Shown piece after piece: positions 24,194-36,735 of a stretch of 64,000 bases of DNA. Numbering within the stretch: position 1 is the stretch's first letter; each line of letters begins with the position of its first letter. This stretch comes from Callorhinchus milii. Taxonomy: Eukaryota. The notes beneath the pieces were generated by a model. That model saw only the letters and a program-made list of their open reading frames with translations. It was not told the origin of the DNA and did no database searches. Where the stretch lies: NCBI RefSeq assembly GCF_018977255.1, contig NW_024704743.1:30320001-30384000 (forward strand). The letters are read 5' to 3'. The position numbers and the translations under genes are program-made.

Positions 24194-24724
24194 GGAACAG
24201 ATACTGTGTGAGTCATAAAGAAGAGTGACATTATAATGTAAGATAGTATAGGACAGTAATATGTTCGTTAATGTAATACCAAAAATAACTTTGTACAGCT
24301 GCCCTGACACTCATAAAACCATAGAAATTTGCAGCCCAGAGGAAGGCCATTCAGCCCACCATGTCCATGCTGGCACTTTCAAAAAGCAATTGTTTCAGTC
24401 CCATTAAGCTGCCTTTTCAACAGCAACAAAAATAGCTTGCATTTATACAGTACACTTCACATGGATACGTTCTGGAGTGCCTTTCCTCATACCTTGGTAG
24501 CTTACTCCTTTTTGGATATATTCTTTTCAGAGGGTATCAAACCCAGCATTCGGAGAATAAAGGCATTTGTAAGTGTGTGATGCTGAGCCATGCAGACCAG
24601 GATAGTTTCGGATTTGATCCCAGCTCTTTAATTAATTATGCAATCAGAAACTAGTGGGAATATTAATATAAGACTGCCAAGGCTACTGATGGAAAGCAAC
24701 AACTAGGGATCCTCTGTCTCACAT

Positions 24725-24823
24725 AAAAACAGAAGTCGCTAGGAACATGCAGCAGGTCAGGCATCATCTATGTAGAGAGGAAAATGAGTTAACGTTTCAG
24801 GTCGATAATCTTTCGTCAGAACT
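24725..24823 (+). repeat. Short shark-type dispersed repeat (possibly Penelope-related end)
   Basis: aaaacagaa...cagcaggtcaggcatcatct...gagttaacgtttcaggtcga; a decayed relative lies near 36270-36385; family label from memory only. Confidence 0.4.
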
Positions 24824-24879
24824 CTCTCCTCTGTCTCACACTATTTAACTAATTCAAAATTCCACCGCCTGTAGCCCCA

Positions 24880-25325
24880 CCAGCAACAAACTCTGCACCG
24901 CCATCGCACCAGTACTTGCCAGGCTCCAACTGGCTCCCTGTCATAGAACAGATCGACTTCATGATCCTCACACACATCTACAAATTACTTCATACCCTAG
25001 CAACTAACTACCTCTCCGACCTGCTCACGCTCCACTCCTCTACTTGTCCCCTTCGCTTGGCCAACTCAAGCCTTCTGAATGTACCTCAACTCTTCAGCAC
25101 CACCATCAGCAGGCATGCTTTCAGCCACTATGCCTTACCTTCTGGAACTCACTGCCCCAATCCCTCTGCCTTGCCGCTCTTTGCCTATCTTCAGATCATA
25201 CTTGAAGACTTTCCTCTTCAACCCTGCCTATGGTCACCTCCCCTTTCTATTTTGCCATCAAACTATGCCAGTGCTCTGAAACACTACCTTGCATGAAGGC
25301 TTTTGTATAAATGCAAGTTGTTGTT
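24880..25325 (+). mobile_element. L2 ORF2 C-terminus plus tail
   Basis: NWLPVIEQIDFMILTHIYKLLH...YLSDLL...AFSHY; tail ataaatgcaagttgttg. Confidence 0.8.
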
Positions 25326-25563
25326 ATATTTAGCAATCCCCATGTGACATCGGGTAAGAGCATGAATAGGCTCAACAATAATGATCCTGGGAGGGTTGAA
25401 TAGATTGTTGGCATTTGCACTCTGGGCTCATTTACAGGCATATGGGTGAGATAGAAGATAAATGTCCAATGTACCCTTGCCTGTGCTATGGCATTTGGGA
25501 CAGGAGAGAGACAAATTAGAGAAGAGACAAAATAAACACAATAAATTTGAACTTTGTCAAAAA

Positions 25564-25865
25564 GGAGTCCTGTAGCTCAGTGGTTAGAGCACTCGCTTTG
25601 CAAGTGAGAGACCTGAGTTCAATTCCAGGCAGGGCGAAACCTTGGGCAAGTTTCCTTACTCCACACGCCTAATGATAATCCCTCCAAAAACCAAAAAACA
25701 ATAATAAATTGGTCATTTTCAATCTACGACTGTTTGTGCTGTGCTGCCGCGTTCACCCACAAATATACAGTCAATTCACTTTACAGTGTGTTCTGTGAAG
25801 CGCTTTGGGATGTCCTCCCGACGTGAAAAGCGCTATATCAAATGCAAGGATTATTATTATTATTA
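25564..25865 (+). mobile_element. Young short-form SINE with core deletion
   Basis: Intact head; core shortened to tgtttgtgctgtgctgccgcg. Confidence 0.92.
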
Positions 25866-26869
25866 AGGTTATATAAGCCAACTTTCCACAGACCAAGGTC
25901 TAAATTATTATATATTCACAAGCCAGCTCATTGCAACTTCTGAAATAACAATAACATGCATTTTTCATGTAAAAATAATTATATCAAAGTGCTTTACAAA
26001 ATATAATCGGTTGGAAACAAGGTGAATGTTGTTGTTACACAGGCAAACACAGCAGCAAACCTGCGCCAGAAATCAGATGAAAAGGCAATTCATTTGAATT
26101 TGTGGAGAATTTGTGTATCTGTTTGTGGAATACTGCAGTGCGCAAACTGGCTGCAATGTTTTGCCCACAAAATACATATACTATAGAGTATATCCAGTGA
26201 TGAGCTTTGAGGTGCATTGATGACATGATAAGGCATTATATGAAATGTAAGGGTTATTAAATTTGGTTTAGGAGGGGAATAAAAAAGATTCCTGCTTGGA
26301 ATTGCCAAAATAGGACAAGCAACTTCACATCCCCCTGAATCGCAAGGGAGACATGATCCAAAAAATGGAATGATGGTCTGGAAAAAAAAATACAATTGTA
26401 TGTAATACAGAATAATGTTATAATCTTATGATAGTATTAAACTGCAATAAAAGGGCAGAGAGGGAGGGAGATAACATTTTCTCTCCGGCTCTATTTTGCG
26501 TGTGAACTTTGATGCCTTTCAGAAATCCCAATTAACCATTTGTTGATTTTGTTTGGGTGTCTGAGACTTGCAGAACTACATCACATGCATAGTAATATTC
26601 AAGCCAAGCTGAGAATTCCATGCATCCCACCTACGCTTGGAACTTCCATAGACAGATTGTTGGAATGTACACTCTCTCCATCACAATTTAGAGACTAACA
26701 TTGCCTGGAGATTGAAACTATCCTTCCCAAATCAACCAAAGCATTTAAGCCCTTGTGCAACGATCCTTCAACCAACTATTAATCGCAAAGGATTTGCTTG
26801 GAAACCTTCCAAAGAAAATCTTATAGAAGTTGTGTTTTTCTTTAACATTTTATTTTTATTATAATAATA

Positions 26870-27680
26870 AATAATAACCCTTGCATTTTCATAGAGTCTT
26901 TCAGGTCAGGAGGATGTCACAAAAGCACTTTACAGGATATAATTAGTTCTTCTGATTTTCGGTTTCAACCAATAAACTCCGATAACACCACCCTGATACA
27001 AAAATAAATTGGTATTGATCCAATAATAACTGGAAATACATGTCTTGAGGAAACCCAGAGGTGAGGTTTTCTCTCTAACTTGCTATCGGCAGTGTCCTGG
27101 TGTGCTGACAGTGCATATGTCGCTCTCCACCTCTCACTCCCCTCCGGGTGCAAAGGATTTGTTCAAAAACCTTCCAAAAGAAGGTCTAATGAATCGTTTG
27201 AGAGGAGGGAGGCACTGCACATGTGGGAGGGCACCTCTCTCCCTACCGTATGTGCAGACGTGTCTTCTCAGTACAGTAACAAAAATCTCAATTTATAAGC
27301 ACTCTAAAATTGCTAAAATTAATCCCCCCCCAATCAAATTAATAAATTCTGAAAATCAGAAGCCCTAGCTATACTGCAAAGGGTATTGATCGTGTATTTT
27401 CTAAGCGAACCCACAGCCAATTTGCACACAGCAAGTCCTACGAACAGCCATGAAGTCAATGGCCAATTTCATTTGGAGGATTGTTGGCCAGGACACCAAG
27501 AGAAACTCACTACTCTTTTTGAATAGTGTTATGGGATCTTTAATGTCCACCTCCGAAGAACGGCACCTCCGACAATGTAGTGCACCCCTAGCACTGCATT
27601 GGAGTGTCAGGTTAACTATATAAGTTTAAAGTCCTGATGACCTTCCAACTCAGAGGCAGGAGTGCTAATCAACTGTGCTA
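26870..27680 (-). mobile_element. DeuSINE-like element split by a hAT MITE
   Basis: Tail at 26870-26943; resumes at 27368 with the Deu domain (ggccaggacacc, gggatctttaatgtccacc, ggcacctccgaca, ttccaactcagaggc). Confidence 0.75.
26944..27367. mobile_element. Non-autonomous hAT-type element, 424 bp
   Basis: TIRs tagttcttctgattttc / gaaaatcagaagcccta; 8-bp flanks gatataat/gctatact each differ by one base from host gatatact. Confidence 0.8.
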
Positions 27681-28480
27681 TTCTTAGGTGAATTCCATGC
27701 TGAGTTATCCTCCACCCCTTACCAAATCCCATAGCAAGGGCGTACATCCTGTATTAAGAAAATGGCAATGTGATTCTTACTACAGAAGTGACCAGTATCT
27801 TAGAGCCATTGGGAACCAAGAACTATCGTGTGTCAGGAAGTCCCAGTTGTCCTGCAAACCAATGATACAGTGCAGGTCGATGCCCCTTCAATTTCAAAAG
27901 AAGTCCAGGCGTTATTGTGGGCAGCAAACACACTTCACAGTCACAGACTTGCTGTCTGGCGACATTGTAGAGAAGTACAATAAACAATACCACACTGAAG
28001 GGTTGAAGGAGATTTTGTTTTGTTAATTTGGTAAATGCTGCTACTTTTCCTTTAATTGAAACTTCCCTTAATTCATAGCTGCCCAGCCACCAGTCTGAAA
28101 GGAACTTTACAATTCTCTCACCAGCAGCACCTGATTCTGTCTAACAGCTTGTATTTACCATCTGCATTGTTTCTGTTTATATGACAGGAAAGGCTCAGAG
28201 AAAGACCACTGCCCACTTCACAGTGTCCTGTGGCTCAACAGCCAAAGCCTGAGCTCTCAAACTTATTTTCATGCTCCACTGCACTTCAACGGAAAATTTT
28301 GCCCCTGGTGTTATGTCAATATTACAGTGCTGCCAAAAGCAGTGGCTATCTTTTCACCGCTCGCTGCATTAGTGAGGCTGTGAGGCTAGTGAGGCTAGTT
28401 TGCATCATTCTTAAAGGGGAAGTTCAAATTGTGACTTTTGTTTCGCTTCTAATTTTTGAAAAAGCGTAATTATGATTTGT

Positions 28481-28945
28481 GGAGTCCTGAGGCGCTCGCC
28501 TCACAAGCAAAAGGACCTGGGTTTGATTCCCGGGCAGGGCAAAACGTTAGACAAGATCCCTTACTCCACTCGCCTCTGTTTACCCAGCAGTAAGTGGACC
28601 TTGGTTGTTATTCGATTGGTGGATCGCAATAATTTGGTCTGTAAAGCATCTTTTTCATCTACAACTGAGCTGGCAAAATTAATAGTCTTTGCAATGGATT
28701 ACTGTTTAGAAAGCGGATGATCTTTGATATGATTTGCTTTGCGAGGGTAATAATCCTTTTAAAAATATAATAATTTGTTCACTCAATCCACAACTGTCTG
28801 TGGGACACTAGTGTATGCAATTGGATGCCACATTTCGTCCACAAAATATACAATCAATTTACTTTATGGTGTATTCTGTGAATCACTTTGAGACGTCTGG
28901 AAGACATGATTAGGTGTTATATCAAATGCAAGGATTATTATTATT
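28481..28945 (+). mobile_element. Long-form SINE carrying a ~100-nt foreign insert
   Basis: SINE interrupted after ggatcgc; insert 28640-28730 matches 6963-7052. Confidence 0.8.
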
Positions 28946-30124
28946 GTTATTATTTTCAAAATCCAAGAAAAAACAGCACGAGACAAACAGCCATCTCTAC
29001 ATGCTGGTCATTTTACTCACCAGTCTTTCTCCCAGAGTGTGATTGATCCATACCAGATTGTAAAGTCACACCACCCACTCCCTCCACTCAATCAGACCTG
29101 CTCAACATTATGCGGAAAAAAGTGTTTAGAGAGTAAAATGGAAGGGAGAAGGTACTTAACTCTTCCCCAGCAGTACTCCAACACACAAACACACTGAGGT
29201 TACCAAGCCTTGCTCTTGCCAGCCTGTACCTAATACTTTCTAGAATTAAGTAAGCAGGATGCATTTCTCCTAGGAAAGAGTGTACATTCCATTTGTCAGC
29301 CACATTTGTTGTTGATCTTGGTTTGCAGTCCTTATCAGCAATTCATAAACTTGAGATCTTGTGTTATGCAAGGGGCCAGGGGATTTAAGGAAATGTTAAC
29401 CAAATAGTTGGTGTTAAGAGGTGCAGGTTTTATATGGATGTCGATTATATGTGTGAAATTATGGCAAATGTGCTGCTCACAACTCCCTCCCACACACAAA
29501 CGCTTTGCTTTCATTTTCAGGATCAGCATTCAATTTCAGGCAACATTAATAAATTCAGAACCCTTTGTATACAGACCGACGTGTGAGCCAGTGGCTGTCT
29601 GAAAATAAATTACTGCAATAAAATGTAAATAACCATGGGGAAGAAAAATATCAGCGATGAATGGAAATTCAAACAGTGTCATATAATGTATGGCTTGCTT
29701 GTAGTTCTATTATAATCATAGGCAGGGAATTATAGCAATTTTAAAATATTTATTTCAACAGCATCATGCTTAAAGAAAGTCAAAGAGAAGTGTTGAATAT
29801 TTTAAGCATTGTATCTTGAATTTAAATCTGCAGTACACTTAATAAGTTTCCTTGATGCCTTGCAGCACATATTCATAGGCCTGCTGTCTCCAGCACTGTT
29901 TAGCATGTGGAGATTAGCCATCACATCACACTGTTTTATACCATATGTGGCAAAATGCCATTGTTTGGCACTGCGCTCCAGCTTTTAAGTAGCATTGAAG
30001 CCATGCAGTATATAAACTTACAACAACCTGTCACTGCATAGTGGACTGTAATAAGTTACTATGATGCCTTGCAGCACATCTGTTCACTCTGGATTTCTGC
30101 TCTTCATTCTGATTCATTCATTCA

Positions 30125-30389
30125 TCCTCCTTCAAGGCCGGTCTCAAAACCTTTCTCTTTGACCGAGCCTTCAGCTCCCCTCTCGACTCTCTTCCTCCTC
30201 CTCGCTCCCTCCCTTCCCTCCCCTCACCCTGACCATTTCCCCCCTCCTCTCTCCCTCCCTTCCCTCCCCTCACCCTGACCATTTCCCCCCTGCTCGGGTC
30301 ATGACCCAACTGTGCAGCGCCTTGGGACGTCCTCCTGACGTGAAAGGCGCTCTATAAATGGAATCTTGTTGTTGTTGTTGTTGTTGTTG
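30125..30389 (+). mobile_element. Young L2 3' end with internal duplication
   Basis: ccctcccttccctcccctcaccctgaccatttcccccc occurs twice; (GTT)n tail. Confidence 0.85.
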
Positions 30390-33300
30390 ATTATTTTTGT
30401 TCTGGAGCTTTTATTGTGTTGGTTGTATTTACTTCAATCTACAGTAACAGAAACTAGCAAGTATTTACTGAGACTATCACTGAGTACTTGATGGAATGTA
30501 AAAGCTTGTAGTCATCTTATACATTATTTTTACACTTTCAAATTTCTCCTCTTGTCTCCTGAAAGCAGCACAGGTACTGGCCATCCTCTGCTGTCTCCCA
30601 CAATGACTGTTCTTCATATGTGAGCCCATACAATGAGTACTTTGAGGTGCGGAAAGAGAATGGATAGGGTAAATTACTGTCAAGTTCAATCCTGCCCCCA
30701 GCCACTATTCACACGTGGAACTTCACTGGATAGTGATCAGGAGATTGAATCTGGACAGATCTTTTCTCTCTTCAACACAGGGGCATTGAGTTCTATTGTA
30801 ACACCTATAATGCCATCCTGACTGAGAAAACTTAAAAATACCAGTGTTATGAAAGATGTGTCAATGCAGGTTACACATTGGCTGTGACTATTTTATCATT
30901 TTCAGGAGAAGCCCATTATACTTAAGGCAATATATTAATATTTTGTCATCACAACATTTAATCATCAGGGAGGTTCAGATGAATAACTTGTTCCTAGTAA
31001 ATTGCCATTCCAGTTGTTAAGTTTGTGTAAATAAATACTTCCTGGTGCCTGTCCTGAAATTGCTATTTGCATCTCTTAACCTGCACCTCTAGTCCTGGTG
31101 CCTTGAAAATATTATTTTGAGTTTCTTTCTCAATCCCCCCTGGAAAATCTTTATCTCTGTAAGATCTTTTCTGAGATGTCTTTTTTTTCAAGGCTAAAGA
31201 GTCTTAGCTATAATCATATGTTATCTTATGACTACACGGTCATGTTAATTTAACCATCCACAGCATATGAACATGGGGTTATTTTTACAACACTTGAACT
31301 TAACACGTACAAATGCAATGTGTTATAATGAAGCTAATGAAACAAGTCACAGTGCCGATATCTGATGGAAGACGGAACAAATAACAGCTGCTGAATTGCT
31401 ATATTTTTCCTTCCCCTTTCATTTATGATTTACTGTGGGGTTAAAATTGCCAGATGTGAAACAGGATTTGATAAATATTGAACGCTGCAGGTGACTGGAT
31501 GCATGTCACACTGACTCACAGGAATTCTGCCCCAACGTGTCTGGAAGATTGTGTCAGAAAGAGGTTATCACAGGGACATCCAATTACATGCAGAATATCA
31601 TATTTAAAGATCCTGCATTTTATTAGCCAATTAATATTAAAGGGTGTTGCTCTGTGAATTATACCAGTTGTGGGATGAAAACCAATGTTCCGAAATGCTA
31701 CATAAATGGACTAGATTTAGTCCATTATTTAGCATATCAGAATATCTGCCACAGAATTTGGCAATTTGTTAAATACAGTGTTAACTTTGAAGCTGGTCTT
31801 CTGTAGCTCTTAAAATAATTTACCAAAAAAAGCTTCAAAATTGCAGCTGCTGCATAAAATGGCTAATAAATACGACAGGTACAGATGAAGAAGACACTTT
31901 GTCCCATCTGATCTCATCTTTCTAGAATACCCACCCTAAACAATAATTGCCCTTGCATTTTGATGTAGTGCCTCATCATGCTGAAATGACTCAAATCGCT
32001 TTACATTAATTTTTGATATTTCCAGCTGGTGTGATTTGTCTTGGGTCTAATTTGCGAGATTCGCAAAAGAATTTGTGAAAAGAGAATCAGGCAGGTGCCG
32101 GAGGTGCCTCAGGCTGACCTCCAGATCCCTGCTCGGACATTAACCTCAATTTGAACTTGCATGAAGCCATATATTGTCCAAAGTAAACTCGCAGTGTCCA
32201 GGAGGAGATAGGCAAGAAGTGGTGTCCAGGCAGTCTGAGACTCATCTGGGTGCATATCATTTAGTAATTTAGCTTTATCCATGTTTCTGCAAATCCCTCA
32301 TTCCCATGTAAGAAACATTTGGTATTTGTCCTAAAATAGACCTTCTTAACCAGGCATTGGATGGGAAGCAATAATTGCTTTGAGACATCTTGACAATGTG
32401 ATAAGGCTCTATATTAAATGCAAGAGTTATTATTTTTATTGCTTTACGAGCTGTACAATCCATCCCTTCTCAGTGTACTGATCTCTGCTGCATACTGGAA
32501 GGGCAGGCAGCCTCCCTGTGTTCCTCCACATATATCAGTCATTATAACCAGAGGACCTGATGCACTAGGACTTCCTGCAATCCCGTTCACAATCAGTCTG
32601 GAGCTAAAGAGAAAGCAAAGTTTGTCATAGGTTTTGATCTGTGTTCTGGCCTAAGGCAAACTATGAGACATACAGCATACAATGGAATTTTGATTGGTTT
32701 CATTTTTTTTCTCCTCAATATAAAAATTTATATAAAAATAGAACTTTGGAGGTGGAAAAACACTGTGCATTTTCAGTCAATCAAACTCTCTCTTTAAACA
32801 CGCCTGCGGGCAAGAATTATTTTTTGCCCTGTCGATATTTGTGCTAATGATGATGCTCACTGGCACAAACACAGTCTCACTTGCAACAGTGCCAAAAAAT
32901 TGCCTTTTACTCAGAGGCTCAGTGCACACTGTGGTGTGATGCAGAGCTACACAGATAGTCACTGAATAAGCTAGGGTTTGAATGTTATACACAGAATAAC
33001 ATTCAGAATAACATGGAGTGAATGAAAGGCAGTAATTTAATGAGGGTGGTGAAATATAGGTTGAGCAAAGAGTAATTAGTAGCCAGGAGTGGTTACAAAG
33101 CAGTATTGAATGTCACGTACTGTATATACAGCAACAAACTGATCTATGAGTTGAGATGATAATAATAATAATAATAATTAATAATCCTTGCATTTGGTAA
33201 AGCGCCTTATCACGTCTTTGAGACGTCTCAAAGTGCTTCACAGAATATACGGTAAAGTGAATTGTCTGTATATTTTTGTGGGCGAATGACATGATTTATA

Positions 33301-33841
33301 TATGGCTAAGATCGTTTCTAAAGAGAATGATAACACTTGAACAACAGTCAACCATGATCGGTGGGCAAGCCTTCAGCCAGTCTGTCCCCATTCTGGAGCT
33401 CTTTCCCATCTTCTCCTTTCATTCTCCGCCTTCCAAACCCACCTCAAGGCACAGCTTTTCCACTGTGCTTTTGATTACCTTTCCTCTCCTCAGCTATCCT
33501 CCCCCAGATTAAGCTCCAGTCAGCTGTGTGAAACATTTTGAGAAGTCCCCCCCTTCCCTCCCCCATCAATGTAGAGTGTTGATGACAAATATCTCAGAAT
33601 TAATGCAAGACTGAGATGTAATTGAAGTGTTTAGGCTACTAGAAATCCTGCAGGGCGTTATTATTCCAGGATTCTTATAACATCCTTCACCGAAAGTGTT
33701 TTGACTCTTTTATTGTTTCCATGAGGATACAATTTCTAGGGGTACCATGAACGTTTCAGCACCTCACAGGAGGCAGCAATTCCCAGTGTGTATACTGACA
33801 GTGAGTGGACTGCATGTGTTTTGGTGCACATTCTACACTAG

Positions 33842-34076
33842 AAGTTTCCTTACTCCACACGCCTAATAATAATCCTTCCAAAACCCAAAATAATAATAAA
33901 TTGGTCATTTTCAATCTACGACTGTTTGTGGGACATTGCTGTGCGCAATTGGCTGCCGCGTTTGCCCACAAATATACAGTCAATTCACTTTACAGTGTAC
34001 TCTGTGAAGCGCTTTGGGACGTCCTCCCGACGTGAAAAGCGCTATATCAAATGCAAGGATTATTATTATTATTATT
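33842..34076 (+). mobile_element. Young short-form SINE, 5'-truncated
   Basis: Begins aagtttccttactccacacgcc; near-consensus core and tail. Confidence 0.9.
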
Positions 34077-35789
34077 AGATTACTCTTGTGATCAGTGTAC
34101 AGTAAGAATCTCAGACAGCCTTCTCTACAATTAATGTTGATCTTGGCACATGCAGGTCGCGCAATGACAAAAGTTGCTGTTAACTCACAGTTTATGTCAC
34201 ATTCTGCCTAATTTTCTCACACAGAGGCAAGCTGCAAGCAGTGTCTGAGTGGAGCTGAATAATGTAACATCAACTGTGGTTGGTAACACAAAATATTTTG
34301 GCAATAGTATGTTTTGAAAATAATTAGAAAGTAATGACCGTTTCAGTCAGATTTGACTGAAATCCCACCATATTCACATGGCCATTACGTCCTCTTAAAC
34401 ACCCAGCCCCAGCCCCCAATTAAATTCATTTAGATATACATCTACTGTCATATAACATTTAAACTCAGGATTTCAATCCCAGAAATCTCCTGGTCCGTAA
34501 GATGTAGATTATCCACTACATTGGGGCTGCCCTGGTTTAGATACTCTTAAGCATGCAATTTATTTCTATGTTGTCAAATAGCCAGCTGATGAACAGAAAA
34601 AGGGCCTCAGTGCTGCCCTGGGAAGTACTTTATCCACTGGATCATTGGATGATCTCATGACATTTAAGTGGGGGGAAAAAACAAAGTAGTGGAGAGCACA
34701 GAAAAACAAACCACAACAACCAAAACTTTACTGGCAGCCATTAATACACTATTTACAGTCAGGAAAACTGGTGGAGGAGCCACAGAAAGACAGCACCCAA
34801 TGGAGAAGGTTGAACCAACCCTTGAGGAGCAGTGTCACAGGAAATCCTGCCGCTGAGCAGTGATGACAATATATTTCCTGTTCATGTAAACTATCATTTG
34901 ACGCCGATCGCCTTTTGTTTTTGCTCAGGGAGTGGAAAATGACAATAACAAAGACGAGTTTTTAAGTATGAATAATATTGTTGCAGTTGGCATATACTTG
35001 TTGCATAGGCAGTGCAGCACAGCAGAGCGTCAGGATTGATGGAAAAACATGGGCTTTTTTCTAGAAAACAAAAACTCTGTGCTTTGCCATAAATTGATTC
35101 ATACTGTTGCCCTCTCAGGTCCACCCAAAGGCAAATATTAATTCTTTGGGAACTGCAATGGGTAGTTTGTCCAGTTGTCTTAGCTTTGAAGAAAAACATT
35201 GCAGGTTTGGAACTGGTTGCTTCAGTCGTATATCTCTAGACCCAATTGGCTGAATTTAGAGGCCTTTTGGAGGGGGGTTTCAGCCAACCAAGAACAAATT
35301 AGCGAAGTTTCGGATCCACAGCAGGAATGGAAGTCAGATCCCTGGAGACAGAGGAGAAAAGGTGAGCAAGTAACTCAGCAATACGTTTCAAAATTGAATT
35401 GGCAGTGTCAAATGGAGAGACACACTAGATAGCAAGTATGAAATTTATGTTACACTTGTGAGAATAAGTGGTATGGTGGGAGACAGACAGTAAAAAACAA
35501 GCATTAATACTTTCTATTTAAAATGATATTTTATCATTGTACCTAATGTCACAATGATACATGGGTCCATTTTTGTGGTGTTGGTTTGGACTTCTGGTAT
35601 TTTTATTTAATATCATAGTTTCTGTAAGTACTTTAATGGATTAGAATTAATATTAACGTAATATAGTAATAAAAATACCTGAAATTGCTAATGGGATATT
35701 GCTGTTATTTCCAAGTGTCAGAGTATGACAGAACCAGTCATTCCCCAGAGACATGAATCTCCATAGATTGCCGGCACTCTGAGTTGAAT

Positions 35790-35975
35790 TGATTCAGACA
35801 GCTTCCAGCAGGGATTTCTGGATAGTGATCAAGAACAGGAACCTTAGCTGATTTCTTTTCCTCTATCTTTCGGGGTGCTGAGGCCAATTATAGCTCTTTG
35901 CCGCTTTCCTGTATTGTTGTATTGACTGTGATAGGTCCCTCAACGCAAACATGCGGCCTTCTGGTCTGTATGATC
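35790..35975 (-). mobile_element. Old second-family SINE-like fragment
   Basis: ttccagcaggg..ctggatagtgatcaagaacaggaacc..gctgaggccaatt..ttctggtctgtatg; related pieces near 12050, 14030, 24580, 30720 and 60590. Confidence 0.5.
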
Positions 35976-36441
35976 TAATGCTGCTCTGAGACTGTGAGAA
36001 TATGGATTGAGATATATAAATTATATCTATGTGCTATTTTCTCCCCACCAGGGCTATTTTAACACGGCATGGAGGATGTTCACAGCGTTTCTCAATGGCG
36101 GGTCTGGCTTTGGTCAGTGATAACCATATGGTCGGTGCATATAAGACATGGCTTGAGATTATGGACTGGCGGTTTATTTACTAATGGTCTGCCATCTTTT
36201 ATGAAGGAAGTGATCTTGTCCCAATATGGATACGGTTGAGAAACCTGAGCTCAGAGGAAAATGAGTAAAACAAAACTGCCAACATTGGAAATCACAAACT
36301 AAAAGTGAAGAAAATGCACGGCAACAACTGGTATGTGAAATAGAAATAGGTTAGCGTTGTGAGGAACAGGCTTCTTCAGAATTGGTGATAGGAATTTGAT
36401 ATTGATGGATCGTAAGAAATATAGTTTTAAAAGACAAATGT

Positions 36442-36735
36442 GGAGTCCTGTAGCTCAGTGGTTAGAGCACTCGCCTTGCAAGCGAGAAACCTGGGTTCAA
36501 TTCCAGGCAGGGCAAAACCTTGGGCAAGTTTCCTTACTCCACACGCCTAGTAATAATTCCTCCAAAACAACACAATAATAAATTGGTCATTTTCAATCCA
36601 CTATTTGTGGGACACTGCTGTGAGCAATTGGCTGCTGCGTTTCGCCCACAAATATACGGTCAATTCACTTTACAGTCTATTCTGTGAAGCACTTTGAGAC
36701 ATCGAGTGCTATATCAAATGCAAGGATTATTATTA
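36442..36735 (+). mobile_element. Short-form SINE
   Basis: Intact tRNA head, core and tail. Confidence 0.9.

Noticed and set aside
35260..35361. Segment ending PGDRGEK|gtgagc, collagen-like
   Set aside because: Only two Gly-X-Y triplets and a weak acceptor
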